In this document: piece after piece, positions 46,065 to 57,102 of the stretch
Position numbering within the stretch: the stretch's first letter is position 1
Layout of the letters: the number at the start of each line of letters is the position of its first letter
Position numbers and translations under genes: made by a program
Origin: Azolla caroliniana
Lineage: Eukaryota; Plantae; Polypodiophyta
Length of the DNA: 64,000 bases
Assembly: GCA_043228905.1 (NCBI GenBank)
Contig: JBHGNT010000004.1
Coordinates: forward strand, 5,084,001 to 5,148,000
Direction of reading: 5' to 3'
Notes under the pieces: generated by a model
The model's input: only the letters and a program-made list of their open reading frames with translations
Told to the model about the DNA's origin: nothing
Databases searched by the model: none

Positions 46065-49000
46065 CTAACCGGACTGGTTTGTCGTTACGCCCATCTGATG
46101 CCGAAGAGACCGAAAACGGTCTGCCGAAAGACACTTGGTCATTCCATCTGCGACATTGTCGGTTGTGGATATTTTCTCTAGACCGATTTTCCCTGAGATG
46201 ACGCAGTCCCGAACGAAGTGATATCGAACGTCGATATGTTTGGAGGCGTTGTGGTGAACCGGATTTTTTGACAAGGCAACAGCACCTTGACTGTCGCTGT
46301 AGACAACTGGGGCCGAGTCATGGTCGACTTGTCGAAACGTGTGCGCCAGCCGACCGAGCCACAAAGCTTCTTTTGCTGCGTCGGACGCAGCTACATATTC
46401 TGCTTCGGTCGTTGAGGTCGCTGTGCACTCCTGAAGTTTCGACTTCCACGAGATTGCTCCATTGCCGAATTTGAAGCAGTATCCGGTTGTTGATTTCCGA
46501 CTGTCTATACAGCCGGCGAAATCCGAGTCGGTGTAACCGACTACGCCTGAGGTTCGGTTCGGACCGAAAAGAATGCCGTGGTCTTTTGTGCCAGCCAGAT
46601 ATCTGAACACATGCTTGACTGCGTTCCAATGCGATCGGCCAGGATTGTGCATAAATCTGCTAACGACTCCTACGGCGTGAGAAATATCAGGCCGTGTCGC
46701 GACCATCAGGTACATAAGGGAGCCGACTGCCGGTGCATACGGTACCGACTTCATATCTTCCCCCTCCGGACCGGATGTCGGGCAGTCTCGCTGAGAGAGC
46801 CGAAGATTCATGGGGAGCGGGGTTGAAGCAGATTTGGCTGATTGCATGTTGAAGCGTTCCAAGACACGTCCGATATAGTCGGTCTGAGACAAAAAAAGAT
46901 GTCGTTTATCGCGATGCCGACTAATTTTCATGCCAAGGATGTGTCGTGCCGGACCGAGGTCCTTCATGGCAAACTTCAACCGCAGTTGCCGAACGAGATC
47001 GGCAAGTTCGCCCGCGTGGCGTCCAGAGATTAGCATGTCGTCCACGTAAATGATGAGGAAGATGGGTGATCCATCTTGAGCTGTGTTGGTGAAGAGACAA
47101 TGGTCCTCATCGCTTTTTGAGAAGCCGATCGATTGGATGAAGTCGTCGAACTTCTTGTACCATTGTCGCGGTGCCTGTTTGAGGCCGTATAGACTCTTCC
47201 TGAGTCGGCAGACTAGATGTTCTTGGCCGGTTGCCACGAAGCCTTTTGGCTGCTCCATATAAATTTCCTCGTCAAGATCACCATGGAGGAATGCTGTTTT
47301 GACATCTAGCTGAATCAGCTCCAAGTTGTCGGCTGCCACTACGCCGAGTAGAAAACGAAGGGTTGTCATTTTCACCACTGGTGAAAAAATCTCGTCGAAG
47401 TCGACGCCATATTCTTGTCGGAAGCCCTTCGCAACTAATCTGGCCTTGTACTTTGGGGTGGTCGAATCAGACGTCTCTTTTAGTCGATAAACCCACTTGC
47501 AAGGAAGAGCACGTCGGTTCCTAGGTAATTCGACCAGATCCCAAGTCTTGTTTGCCCGAATGGAGTGCATTTCCGACTCCATAGCCAGATGCCAGGTGGC
47601 GGAATCGACAGATGTCGATGCTTCTTCGTAAGACGTCGGTTCGCCGGCGTCGGTGAAGAAAATTCCAGGAGAATACCTCTCCGGAGGTTGCGACAGTCTC
47701 TCGGATCGGCGAGGTAAGATTGGACTGGTCGCATCGGGTATCAAGGCCGGATGGTCCGAAAGCCGATTGTTCTGCTGTGCCGAGTCGGGGTTGTCCGAGT
47801 CGGTAGTGTAAGGTTCAGCTACCCGTGAAGCTGACCGTGTGTTGAGAGCAGGGCCTTCTTGAAGGGTCGGCACATCGGAAAATGTTACCCTTCGGACTTC
47901 GATCGGTTTTTCGACTGATGGATTCATAGCCGACTCGTTGAACACAACGTCCGAACTTCGAACGATTTGTCTGCGTTCGGGGTCCTAGAGTCGGTATCCC
48001 ATTTCGCCGTCGGATCCATATCCGAGGAAAATGCATTTCCTGGACCGAGGTGCAAGTTTTCGGCGATCATCTTTCGGAATGAGGGCGTACGCCTCGCATC
48101 CGAAGATCCTCAGCTTGTCGTAATTCGGCTTACTGCCGATCCATAGTTCCTGAGGAATTTGAAGTCCTAGAGGTCTACTTGGCGACATATTGATTATGTG
48201 TACTGCCGTGAGTAGAGCCTCTGCCCAGAAGCCATCCGACAGTCCGGAGTGTTGGAGCATGGAGACTATCCGTTCTTGGATTGTGCGATTCATGCGTTCG
48301 GCAATCCCGTTTTGCTCCGGGCTGTGTGGTGCCGTAAATTCACGTCGGATGCCGCGTTGTCGGCAGAATTTGACGAATTCTTCTGATTTGAACTCTCCCC
48401 CGTTGTCGGTTCGAAAGCATTTCAGCTTTCGGTCGGTTTGATTTTCTACCATAGCGAGCCAATCGGTGAAGATCGAGAAGACACGATCTTTAGTGCGAAT
48501 TGGATAAGCCCACACCTTTCGAGTCGAATCGTCAATAAAACTGACGAAGTAAGAGGCACCACCAAGAGACTGATGCGGCATTGGGCCACAGACGTCCGAG
48601 TGGACCAAATCGAGAGGTCTCGTTTCTCTTGGTGCTGATGTCGGGTGTGATGCGGCTGCTTGTTTGCCATACTGGCAATGCTCGCAGAATTGATGGTCGG
48701 AGAAGGAGAGTTTAGGGATGTATCCGGCTCTAGATAGGTGCGTGATGCCGGCCTTGCTGAGGTGTCCTAATCGTCTGTGCCATAGTGATGACACAGGAAT
48801 ATCCACCAAAAACAGGTTACCCTCTCTGAGCGTAACATGTAAGGGATACAGTGAGTGTATCTTGGGTCCTCTAGCAAGCAGGAGGTTCCCCCTGTGGAGT
48901 GTCCACCCTCCCGAAGAAAAACCGGCACGAATGCCGTCTTCATCTAGTTGTCCGACTGAGATCAATGGCCTTGAGAGCTCGGGTACATGTCGGACATTGT

Positions 49001-50081
49001 GGAGTACAAGTGTAGAGCCACCTGCAAGGTTGAGCTCTACTGTGCCGATTCCAATGATGTCACAGTGTTGCGAGTTGCCGACCCGAACTGAGTCGGAGTG
49101 ACGGATCGTATATTGCCGAAATTGGGATCGATGAGGAGTCACGTGAAATGACGCGCCCGAATCTAAGAGCCATGTGCTCGATTCTTCAGTCGTGAGCAGA
49201 ACTTCTGATCCGACTGGATTTTCGATTGATAGTATATTCGGGTCGTCTGGTAGCACATCAGCTGAGAAGCTGACGTAATTGATCTCCTCATGCCGGCCAC
49301 TCTTCTTGTTGTTCTTGTTCTTGAGTGTGCGGCAGTCGGCTTTGATGTGTCCGGGTTTCTTGCAATAGTTGCAGATTCGGTTATCCCGTGACTGGCTCCG
49401 TCTTCGCTGATTGTTCGGCGGCCGTGAGGAATCTCTTCCTCGTATGTTCGATCGGTCTGTCGAACCTTGTACTACATAAGCGTCGTCTGTTGAGTCTTTG
49501 GCGACAGACTTTCTCCGAGCTGCTTCGGTCAGGATTGCGCTCGTGACTTCGGAGTATTTAACAGCCGTGGTTGACGCGTTGCACACGGTTGTGACGAAAG
49601 TTTCCCATGATGAGGGAAGGCTGCTCATGAGTATCATTGCTCTGAGTTCATCCTCGATTGCCGTCCCCTGTGACGAGATTTGGGAGCTTATGCTTTCGTA
49701 CTCATTGAGGTGTGCTTGAACCGAATCGGATTCTTTCATCCGCAAGTTGTAGAGGCGCCGGATCAGAAACATCTTCGTTGCGGCGACCTTCTTTTCGTAA
49801 GTGTCCGACAGTGTTTTCCACAGTTCGAATGCTGTCGTACACGATTGCACCGTAAAGTATACCGATTCCGATAGGTGCATCCGAATCGTGGCGCGGACAA
49901 TTCTGTCCAGCTTCTGCCACTCAATTGGTTTGTATCCTTCTGGAGGTTCTTCATTTTCGATGGGATCGATTTGCCCCTTGACTATGAGATAGTCCTGCAT
50001 TTGCTCCTTCCAGAAGTTGAAGTTCGATCCATCGAACTTTCGTAGACTCATTTCTGACGAGCCGGATGTTGATGCCATCAA
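46065..50081 (-). pseudogene. F gag-pol polyprotein, 1338 codons, one nonsense (TAG at 47987-47985 where Trp is expected)
   Basis: KFDGSNFNFWK, CNYCKKPGHIKADC, WLLDSGASFH, LWHRRLGH, VHSDVCGP, RTDNGGEF, GYRL*DP, QLDVKTAFLHG, YVDDM, YTDSDFAG, KHIDVRYHF, ADGMTK. Confidence 0.94.
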
Positions 50082-50742
50082 ATTCGGTTTCGGTTGACGA
50101 AGCTCGGTTCGGAGTTGACTACGAACCTTGTTGGAGTGCAGCCGGTTGGCTCACCCGATATCGTTCTAGTCGGATTTGAACCCGAGTCGGTTCGGCTTCG
50201 GAACTTGCTCGAATTGACTCCGGTAACTTGAGGGACAGAACCGACTGGTCTTCCCGAATGTTGCCGAGTCGGAGTGAGCCCGGTTCGCTTCGGATATATA
50301 TGCCGAATACCGACTATTGAAACCGATTATCTGGACCGATTCTGCTTCGGGTGGCTGCAGCGACGAGAGAGACAGATCCAACTGATCCTCCCGAATGTCG
50401 ATCAGCCGGATGAAGCGCGAATTGGGGTTGTTGTCTTGAGACCGATCTGCACCGAGTGGTTACAACGAGCGGCGTTTGTTGACCTCTTCGGATGCCGTTT
50501 AACCGAGTGGAGCACGATCGTGTCAATGTTGCACAAGGGGATTTCACCTCGAGCGTTGCGATCACAGGGAACGGAGTACAACCGGCTGGCTTACCCCAAG
50601 CGAAGAGGATCTAACGCGAAGAGATGCAAGCCTCGTTTTTCTTCTTCTTCTCTCTTCTTCGAATGACGCAGGAAACCGAATGCTGAGACGACGGCCGACA
50701 GCGGATTGAAGGACCGACTACTGTGCAGGCTCTGATACCAGA

Positions 50743-51028
50743 TGTTGGAGACAAAGTCGTCTGGGCGGAAGATCAAGAAGCATTCGATTGCTGTTGAGTA
50801 CCTGCGTATGACAGATTGTAGGTCGTTGCACAGAGAGAGAGAGAGAGAGAGAGAGGCACACAAATACTTCTTATTCCATAAAGCAATAATACAACACCCA
50901 ACCTTACAAAAAGGTTACAAGGTCACTATATATAGTGACCGACTTAGGGCAACTACCCTTTATGCTAATTACATAAATGGCCAAAACGGGATAGTGTGAA
51001 TACGTCCATTATACACATGTATTCGACA
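50743..51028 (-). repeat. 5' LTR of F (286 bp)
   Basis: Copy of 45588-45871. Confidence 0.95.
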
Positions 51029-51033
51029 AAGTC

Positions 51034-52641
51034 CACTTCAACAATGAAGGTTGCTTCATCGAGAAAGACGACCGACTCATAGCCAAGGGACGGAGAGACG
51101 GTCGCTTGTTCATCCTCGACTCGAATGAGGTAAAATCGGCCATGTATGCCAAAGGTCTCAAGACCGAGACAAACATCGAGTTGTGGCACAAGCGAATCGG
51201 CCACGTAAACCTCCAACGGCTTCGCGGAATGCAATCAAAGAGAGTTGTAATCGGACTTCCGGCCTTCGCATCGAAACGAGTCGACCAAGTGTGCGAAGCA
51301 TGCCAACTCGGCAAACAACATCGACTCCCATTCCCGAAGGAGAGCTCCGCAAGCAAAGGCCTCCTTGACATAATCCACTCGGACGTATGGGGACCTGCTC
51401 AAACGCCGACGCTCGGCGGATGCCGCTACTACGTCACCTTCATCGACGACCACTCGCGCTACACGTGGATATACCCGATGAAGAGGAAGAGTGAAGTGCT
51501 CTCCCACTTTCAAAGGCTCAAAAGCCAAGTGGAGAAAGAAACCGGTCGGCACATTCGATGCCTACGATCGGATGGAGGAAAGGAGTACTTCTTCGACGAG
51601 TTCACCTCCTACCTCCAAGGTGAAGGCATTCGTAGAGAATTCTCATGCCGACACACTCCCCAAAAAAATGGAGTAGCCAAGAGAAAGAATCGGCAAATAC
51701 TCGAGGTAGCACGCGCCATGATGCGTGAGAAGCACATGCCGAACTTCTATTGGGCGGAAGCGGCATCCACGAGCGTCTATCTCATGAATCGATGCACCAC
51801 AAATAGCGTGCACGAGCTTACTCCATACGAGATCTTCGTTGGAAGAAAGCCCATCCTCTCGCACCTCAAGGTGTTCGGAAGCATTGCGAAGGTACGCATC
51901 CCGAACGAAAGTCGAGAGAAGCCCGACGCGAAGTCGGAAGAATGTATCCTCATAGGATACTTGTCTGCGAAAAAGGCGTACAAGTGCTTCAACCCTTCGA
52001 CCTGAGCGGTGCGGATAAGTCGCGACGTTTTTTTCGACGAATCGGCATCTTGGTATAAGCCCGATGCGACTCCATCCGACCCGATCGAGGAAGAGTTGAA
52101 CGCCAACTCGGACGACGAAACTCGGCCAAGTCCTCCACTGAAGGACAATCCAAGCTCTACCGAGCTAATTGGCCCACAAGAGCCTCCACGCGATGAAAAC
52201 ACGTCATGGCCAAGTCCGACATCGGACAAAGGCAAAGGTAAGATACCCGAATACGAAGTCGAGGTCCACCCCGACGACCGTGATTCGGATGATTCGGCTT
52301 GCTCACTAGACAGTGAGTTTGGTGTACCCATCATGAGGACACCCGGAGTAAAGAAGACACTCACATCGACAAACGAGAAACTCCGCCGCTCATCACGAGC
52401 GAAGAACCAAGTCACTCGTTACGCCTACAAGGAGTATATGGCTCATCACTATGCCCTCGCGATGAAGGTAGTGGCCGAACAAGAGCCCGAGGATCCAAGC
52501 CTTCGTCACAGGCTTGAGGGGGAGAATAAGCCGCGAAGAGCCGCGCAACGAAGCCGCGAAGACGCGAAGAAAGCCGCAAGCTGCACCGATGCTAACGAAG
52601 CCGAAGGAAGCTTAACCGGACGTTGGACGCCTCACACTTGA
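51034..52641 (+). pseudogene. E pre-integrase and integrase, linker, then straight to the 3' end (TGA at 52003-52005)
   Basis: LWHKRIGH, CEACQLGKQ, IHSDVWGP, LRSDGGKEY, NGVAKRKNR, ECILIGY, ISRDVFFDE, LRRSSR..EQEPE. No RT motifs follow. Confidence 0.9.
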
Positions 52642-52654
52642 GCTTGAGGGGGCG

Positions 52655-53102
52655 TGTTGAGATATCAAGCTCAACTAGTTTAATCTAGTTATTCAACACA
52701 TGTAACTTAGTAGTTACCTAGATCGAATCTAGTTAATGTGTTGACCTTAAGCCTTTAAATAGGACCTTGTACTTAAGTGGGATATTCTAGATCCTCCACT
52801 CCTCAGTACATTTAATGTAGGACTTACACATAAGTACCTATGTTCTAACCACACATGTGCACCTTTGCACATGGGTTGTATATATACCTCATTGTGGGTA
52901 TTTTTGTAAATGATGACACTTTTCAATATAGTCAATCATCCCCCATTTATCTTCGTGTTCATAAGTGTAACTTCCACTCTCTCTCTCTCTCTCTCTTCCT
53001 CTCACACACTCTCACGTGCATATCATACTAATCTTCTGCTGCTTAACGTAACCATATAATTAGTCTCTAATTAACCCTTGTTAATTACCTAATTACTTAA
53101 CA
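52655..53102 (+). repeat. 3' LTR of E
   Basis: Copy of 43736-44175 with scattered substitutions and a longer (CT)n. Confidence 0.93.
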
Positions 53103-53107
53103 GTAGG

Positions 53108-54640
53108 GAACGGCCTTTTGGTGCCAGATCCCTTTGTCAAATAGGTACTGTTTGAAGTCTTGGGAGGTGTATTCACCTCCATTGTCGGATTGGAGTGTCT
53201 TCACTCTATATCCTGACCGATTCTCCACTTTAGCTATCCACCAATTGAAGACCTCGAACGCTTCGTCTTTCGACCTAATCGAAGAGGCCCAAACCTTTTG
53301 TGTATAGTCATCTACAAATGTGATGACGTACTAGGAATCTCCTAGTGATCGCTCAGCCATAGGCCCACATATATCTGTGTGCATGAGCTTTAGGGGTTAT
53401 CGTATTGTCTCGTAGTGGAGAGAGTGTAGACTTTGGGTCTATTTCCCGTAACAATAATGCTCATAGAAGTTCTTCTTCGTCTGGAGCTTTGGGATTTAGC
53501 CGATCACTATCAGCCGATCCGGTCCAGCTTGTGACATATGGTCGAGTCGGCCATACCATAGGTTCGAGTCCCACGATTCAACTATGTTCACGGCCCCTTG
53601 TGGATTCATCACCATAATTTAGTGGACATAGGTTATTGTACTTGTATCCATTCCTGATTTTTAGATTTCCTCGGCTGATCATCCATGTTGACTCACTGAG
53701 AGTAGTTTTGTACCCGACTTCGGCTAACATGCCAATGGAGACCAGATTCCTCTTTAGTATGGGTACATGCCAGACATGGTGCAGGATGATTGTATTGCCA
53801 TTCCGCAATAGAATTCATACACCGCCGATTTTGGCGATTTTGTATTCCTGCCCATTGCCTAGTCGGATCGTGCTGCTGGCCCAATCCGAATAGTTTGAAA
53901 ACCATTCGATGTTGGGAGTCACGAGAAATGTGGCTCCGGAACCCAGTAGCCATATTCGCGCATCTTCCACGTTGGATAAGACTTCACCGATCGATGATGC
54001 CTCTAATGACAGAATTTCTCTCGAGCGGGATTCAGCAACGTTAACTTCGTTGCTGGTTGGAGAGAGGTTCGAGTTGGATTTTCTTGGATTTTGCTTGAAT
54101 TGCCGATCGCTCTCCTTCTTCTTGATTGACCAGTAGTCAGAGGCATCGTGACCAGACTTTCTGCAATGGGTGCAGAAAGCACTTGATCTACTATGCCTCG
54201 ACTTTGATCTTTGTCTATTGCCAATCCTCCTCTTTGACCGGCTAGTTCTTTGGTCGGTTCTCCTGGCTTGTTCGGTCGAGTAGTGGGCTTCTACCAAATC
54301 GTCTATGATGAGTCCCATCGATTTTCACTGAATGTCCTATGTGAGGATTTGACCGATTGTTTCGTCCAAGTTCAGCTTCAGGCAACTATTGGTGAATGTT
54401 GTGCAGAATACCTCCCAGCACGCCGGTGAATGCCAGTGAACGCCATTTGTTAGTTGTTGCCTATATCGTTTAGTGAACACCATTCGTGAGTTGTCATCGA
54501 GGTTGGCTTGTTATTGTGGCGTATTGGCTTGATTTGACGTCAGATGATCAGTACATCCTGCATCATCTCCTTCCATAGGGCCAAGTTATTGTCGTCAAAC
54601 TTTCGGATTTCTACTCCTATTCTGAATATAGAAGCCATGT
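53108..54640 (-). pseudogene. Copia A gag, protease and integrase N-terminal part, degenerate
   Basis: FCTHCRKSGH, WLLGSGATF, VWHVPILKRNLVSIG. Rejoins AVPY/TPMQNGVAER across the E insertion. Confidence 0.85.
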
Positions 54641-54748
54641 TCTTTGGGAAGTAAGATTTTCTGACCTAGTCCTTTCCTTCAGTTATCTCTTTTCTTCTCA
54701 AGTTTGCATTGCTATTGCAGCCTGACTACATGTCGCTTTGATACCACT

Positions 54749-54828
54749 TGATGAAGTGGATAGTGCCGAAGCGTGATTTAGGACATGTCGATTAGTCAAG
54801 CAAACAAGTAAAGGAAGATCTGCAGGTT

Positions 54829-54881
<53 letters not shown>

Positions 54882-55082
54882 AGTTTAGCAAACAAGTAAA
54901 GGAAGATCTACACACACACACACACACAAAATATGCTCAAAGTAAGACTATGTTACATTAACCCTCGAACTCAAGACATTTATGTTACAATGTTAGGGTG
55001 AGCTTATATACTCAAGCCCTAGCTCAAGGACGTGTTCACACTTAGGATACAAGGTAGAAGGAGTCGTCCTTTTATGCCAACA
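54749..55082 (-). repeat. 5' LTR of A
   Basis: Homologous to 18702-18962 with many substitutions, an added (GA)n and an internal duplication. Confidence 0.9.
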
Positions 55083-55235
55083 AATAGGATGTAGGCTTCA
55101 TGTAGAGGATGTAGGAGGAGGCGAGGATGCATGCCGAGAGAGGAAATATGGTCGAAATTAGGGTTTTTTTCTGCCGAAACCTTAATTTGTTAGCTGAGAA
55201 TGGGATTCAAGGGAGACGCGAGGATGTAAGTTAAA
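55083..55235. repeat. Right part of the satellite-like array cut by A
   Basis: AATAGGATGTAGG..GTAGAGGATGTAGGAGGAGGCGAGGATGC..GAGGAAATATGGTCGAAATTAGGGTTT continues the unit interrupted at 18701. Confidence 0.85.
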
Positions 55236-56137
55236 AAAAACCTAGTACCTTTTTTTTTTTAAACAAATACTTTTACATGTATTTGTATTTGTATACATTC
55301 GTTGGGGAGGCCCTACGAATGCAAATATGTCAGTCTATGGTTGTCATGGATACATGGGTAGTGGGACATTTTGAATCGCCAATAGACAAGATGAACACTC
55401 CACCGCGGTGAGAAGTTTCAACTTGCTCTAATAAACAAAGTTATTACATCTATACTTCCTTTAACTTTCATACATATGCTCCAACTGCACGTCTACCTTC
55501 AAATAGAAAAACATTGTGCCTATCCTAATTATTATGCAATCCGCAATAGGTAAAAGATATTAAAATGATCTCCATTTGTGACCTCTCACTCTCTCATTAT
55601 GTTGAAAACACACAATCATATTAATATATGTATGATGGATACACTCTAATGGTACCGAAATTGAGTGTACTGGTCACCACTATAAGGGTAGTGGTACATG
55701 TTAAATTGGCAATAGGCAAAACAAACACTCCATCGATAAAGGAATTTTTACTTGCTTCAATAAAGAAAATTGACATATTAGTACTCCCTTCAATATTTGT
55801 ACATATGCTTTGAGTTCAAATACTCAATATCTTAATTATCCAACAACACTCAATATCTCAAAAATAGTAAAACGATCTCCACCTCTAATTTTAGGTTGTC
55901 ATGTATCTATCGTGCAAACATCCATTGTGACTCTTGGGGTCAAATAACAGCGTGACAAAACTTGCCAAATTTGAGAAATGTAACTCCAAATAAGATGAGG
56001 AATGGGACGTTGTTTTCTTTAAATGGTACGGTTCGGTTCCGGTCGGTTGCGATGCAAAGAAACCGAACCGGAGCAAAAAGATAAAGAATGGATAGACTCT
56101 GAACAATAGGGTTTTCTTGTTTGTCACGGAGCAGTGT

Positions 56138-56177
<40 letters not shown>

Positions 56178-56186
56178 GTAAGATGA

Positions 56187-56882
56187 TCAGAGGAATTCGA
56201 TGAGATGGTGATATACGGAGGATGTGAGCTGCGAGATGGAGCAGGTGCCACGGGCGCCCTTGAAATGGCCGGTCCCGCCCACCACAGCAAGCGTGGATGG
56301 CGCGTTCAGCACTATCCCTTGAATGCTCAGCGTCCCATTCACCCCTGTCTCAGGATTAGTGTACTGGAGGACCTCCACCTCCACCAGGAAGCTCTGCCCG
56401 CTCACATACCCTGATTGCAGGGTATAGCCCCTCATCACGCCCACCGCGGTCGAGCTCTCCATGTCCTCCCCGTCCGTCACGTTGAATGCGAAGAGCTGCA
56501 TCGTCCCGAAGGATGCCGATTTGCTGGAATTCACGGGAGGCAGGAGGCCGGCCAGATTCGCAGCCCCTGGCTGCACATGGACATAATACTGGAGTGTCGT
56601 GCTGCCCAATCCCGAGCTAGATGTCGGTGATGAAGTCGTGCCGGCCGAGTTGCTAGTGCTGCTACTACTAGTGGTGCCTGATTGCTGCTGTAGGTTCAAG
56701 GGGCTGAATGGTGTGGGGACGAATGTGAGGGCGGCCGCGAGCACAAGGAGGAGGAGGAGCACGACGGCGACCGCCGTAAGGAGTGCCTGGACAATCATGG
56801 TGTTCCACCTCGTGCCGCTCTGGAATATTGTGGACTGCCTCGATAGCGTGGGCAGTCTAGAGTTGGAATTGGGTGTCGGCAT
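56187..56882 (-). CDS. Dirigent-like protein, copy 2 (231 aa)
   Basis: 7 amino-acid differences from copy 1, same length, intact frame. Confidence 0.82.
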   Translation of the reverse strand: MPTPNSNSRLPTLSRQSTIFQSGTRWNTMIVQALLTAVAVVLLLLLVLAAALTFVPTPFSPLNLQQQSGTTSSSSTSNSAGTTSSPTSSSGLGSTTLQYYVHVQPGAANLAGLLPPVNSSKSASFGTMQLFAFNVTDGEDMESSTAVGVMRGYTLQSGYVSGQSFLVEVEVLQYTNPETGVNGTLSIQGIVLNAPSTLAVVGGTGHFKGARGTCSISQLTSSVYHHLIEFL

Positions 56883-57037
56883 GGGGTGAGGCGGGGAGCG
56901 GGACCCGGAGTTTCTCGGGGTGTCAGAATTGGAAATTCTGCCTACTACTCTGTTGGGGGAGGTTTGAATGTGATGGAGAGAATTAGGGCAGTATTGAATT
57001 GAGTGAATTCGACGGACCTGAAGAAAAGAAATTGCGC

Positions 57038-57040
<3 letters not shown>

Positions 57041-57101
<61 letters not shown>
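57041..57101. repeat. (TA)n microsatellite upstream of dirigent copy 2
   Basis: About 30 units, versus about 6 at 15488-15500 in copy 1. Confidence 0.95.

Positions 57102-57102
<1 letters not shown>

Larger units (their letters stand above)
45588..51028 (-). mobile_element. Ty1/Copia F (Tnt1/Tork-like), full length and young; inserted in E
   Basis: LTRs 45588-45871 and 50743-51028, differing visibly by one AG unit. TSD AAGTC at 45583-45587 and 51029-51033. PBS TGGTATCAGAGC (50729-50740, minus strand). PPT ACGGGGGAG. Confidence 0.96.
43736..53102 (+). mobile_element. Ty1/Copia E (gag-PR-INT only; RT and RNase H absent), inserted in the A integrase; hosts F
   Basis: LTRs 43736-44175 and 52655-53102. 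TSD GTAGG at 43731-43735 and 53103-53107. PBS TGGTATTAGAGC at 44176-44187. PPT TTGAGGGGGCG. Confidence 0.94.
18702..55082 (-). mobile_element. Ty1/Copia LTR retrotransposon A (outermost, degenerate, most of RT and RNase H missing); hosts B and E
   Basis: LTRs 18702-18962 and 54749-55082 (TGATGAAGTGG...TATGCCAACA). TSD AATAG at 18697-18701 and 55083-55087. Met-type PBS TGGTATCAAAGC next to 54749 and PPT GGGGGAGTT next to 18962. Gag knuckle/protease remnants at 53815-54318, integrase at 43102-43730 plus 53108 onward, RT start at 19042-19332. Confidence 0.92.
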
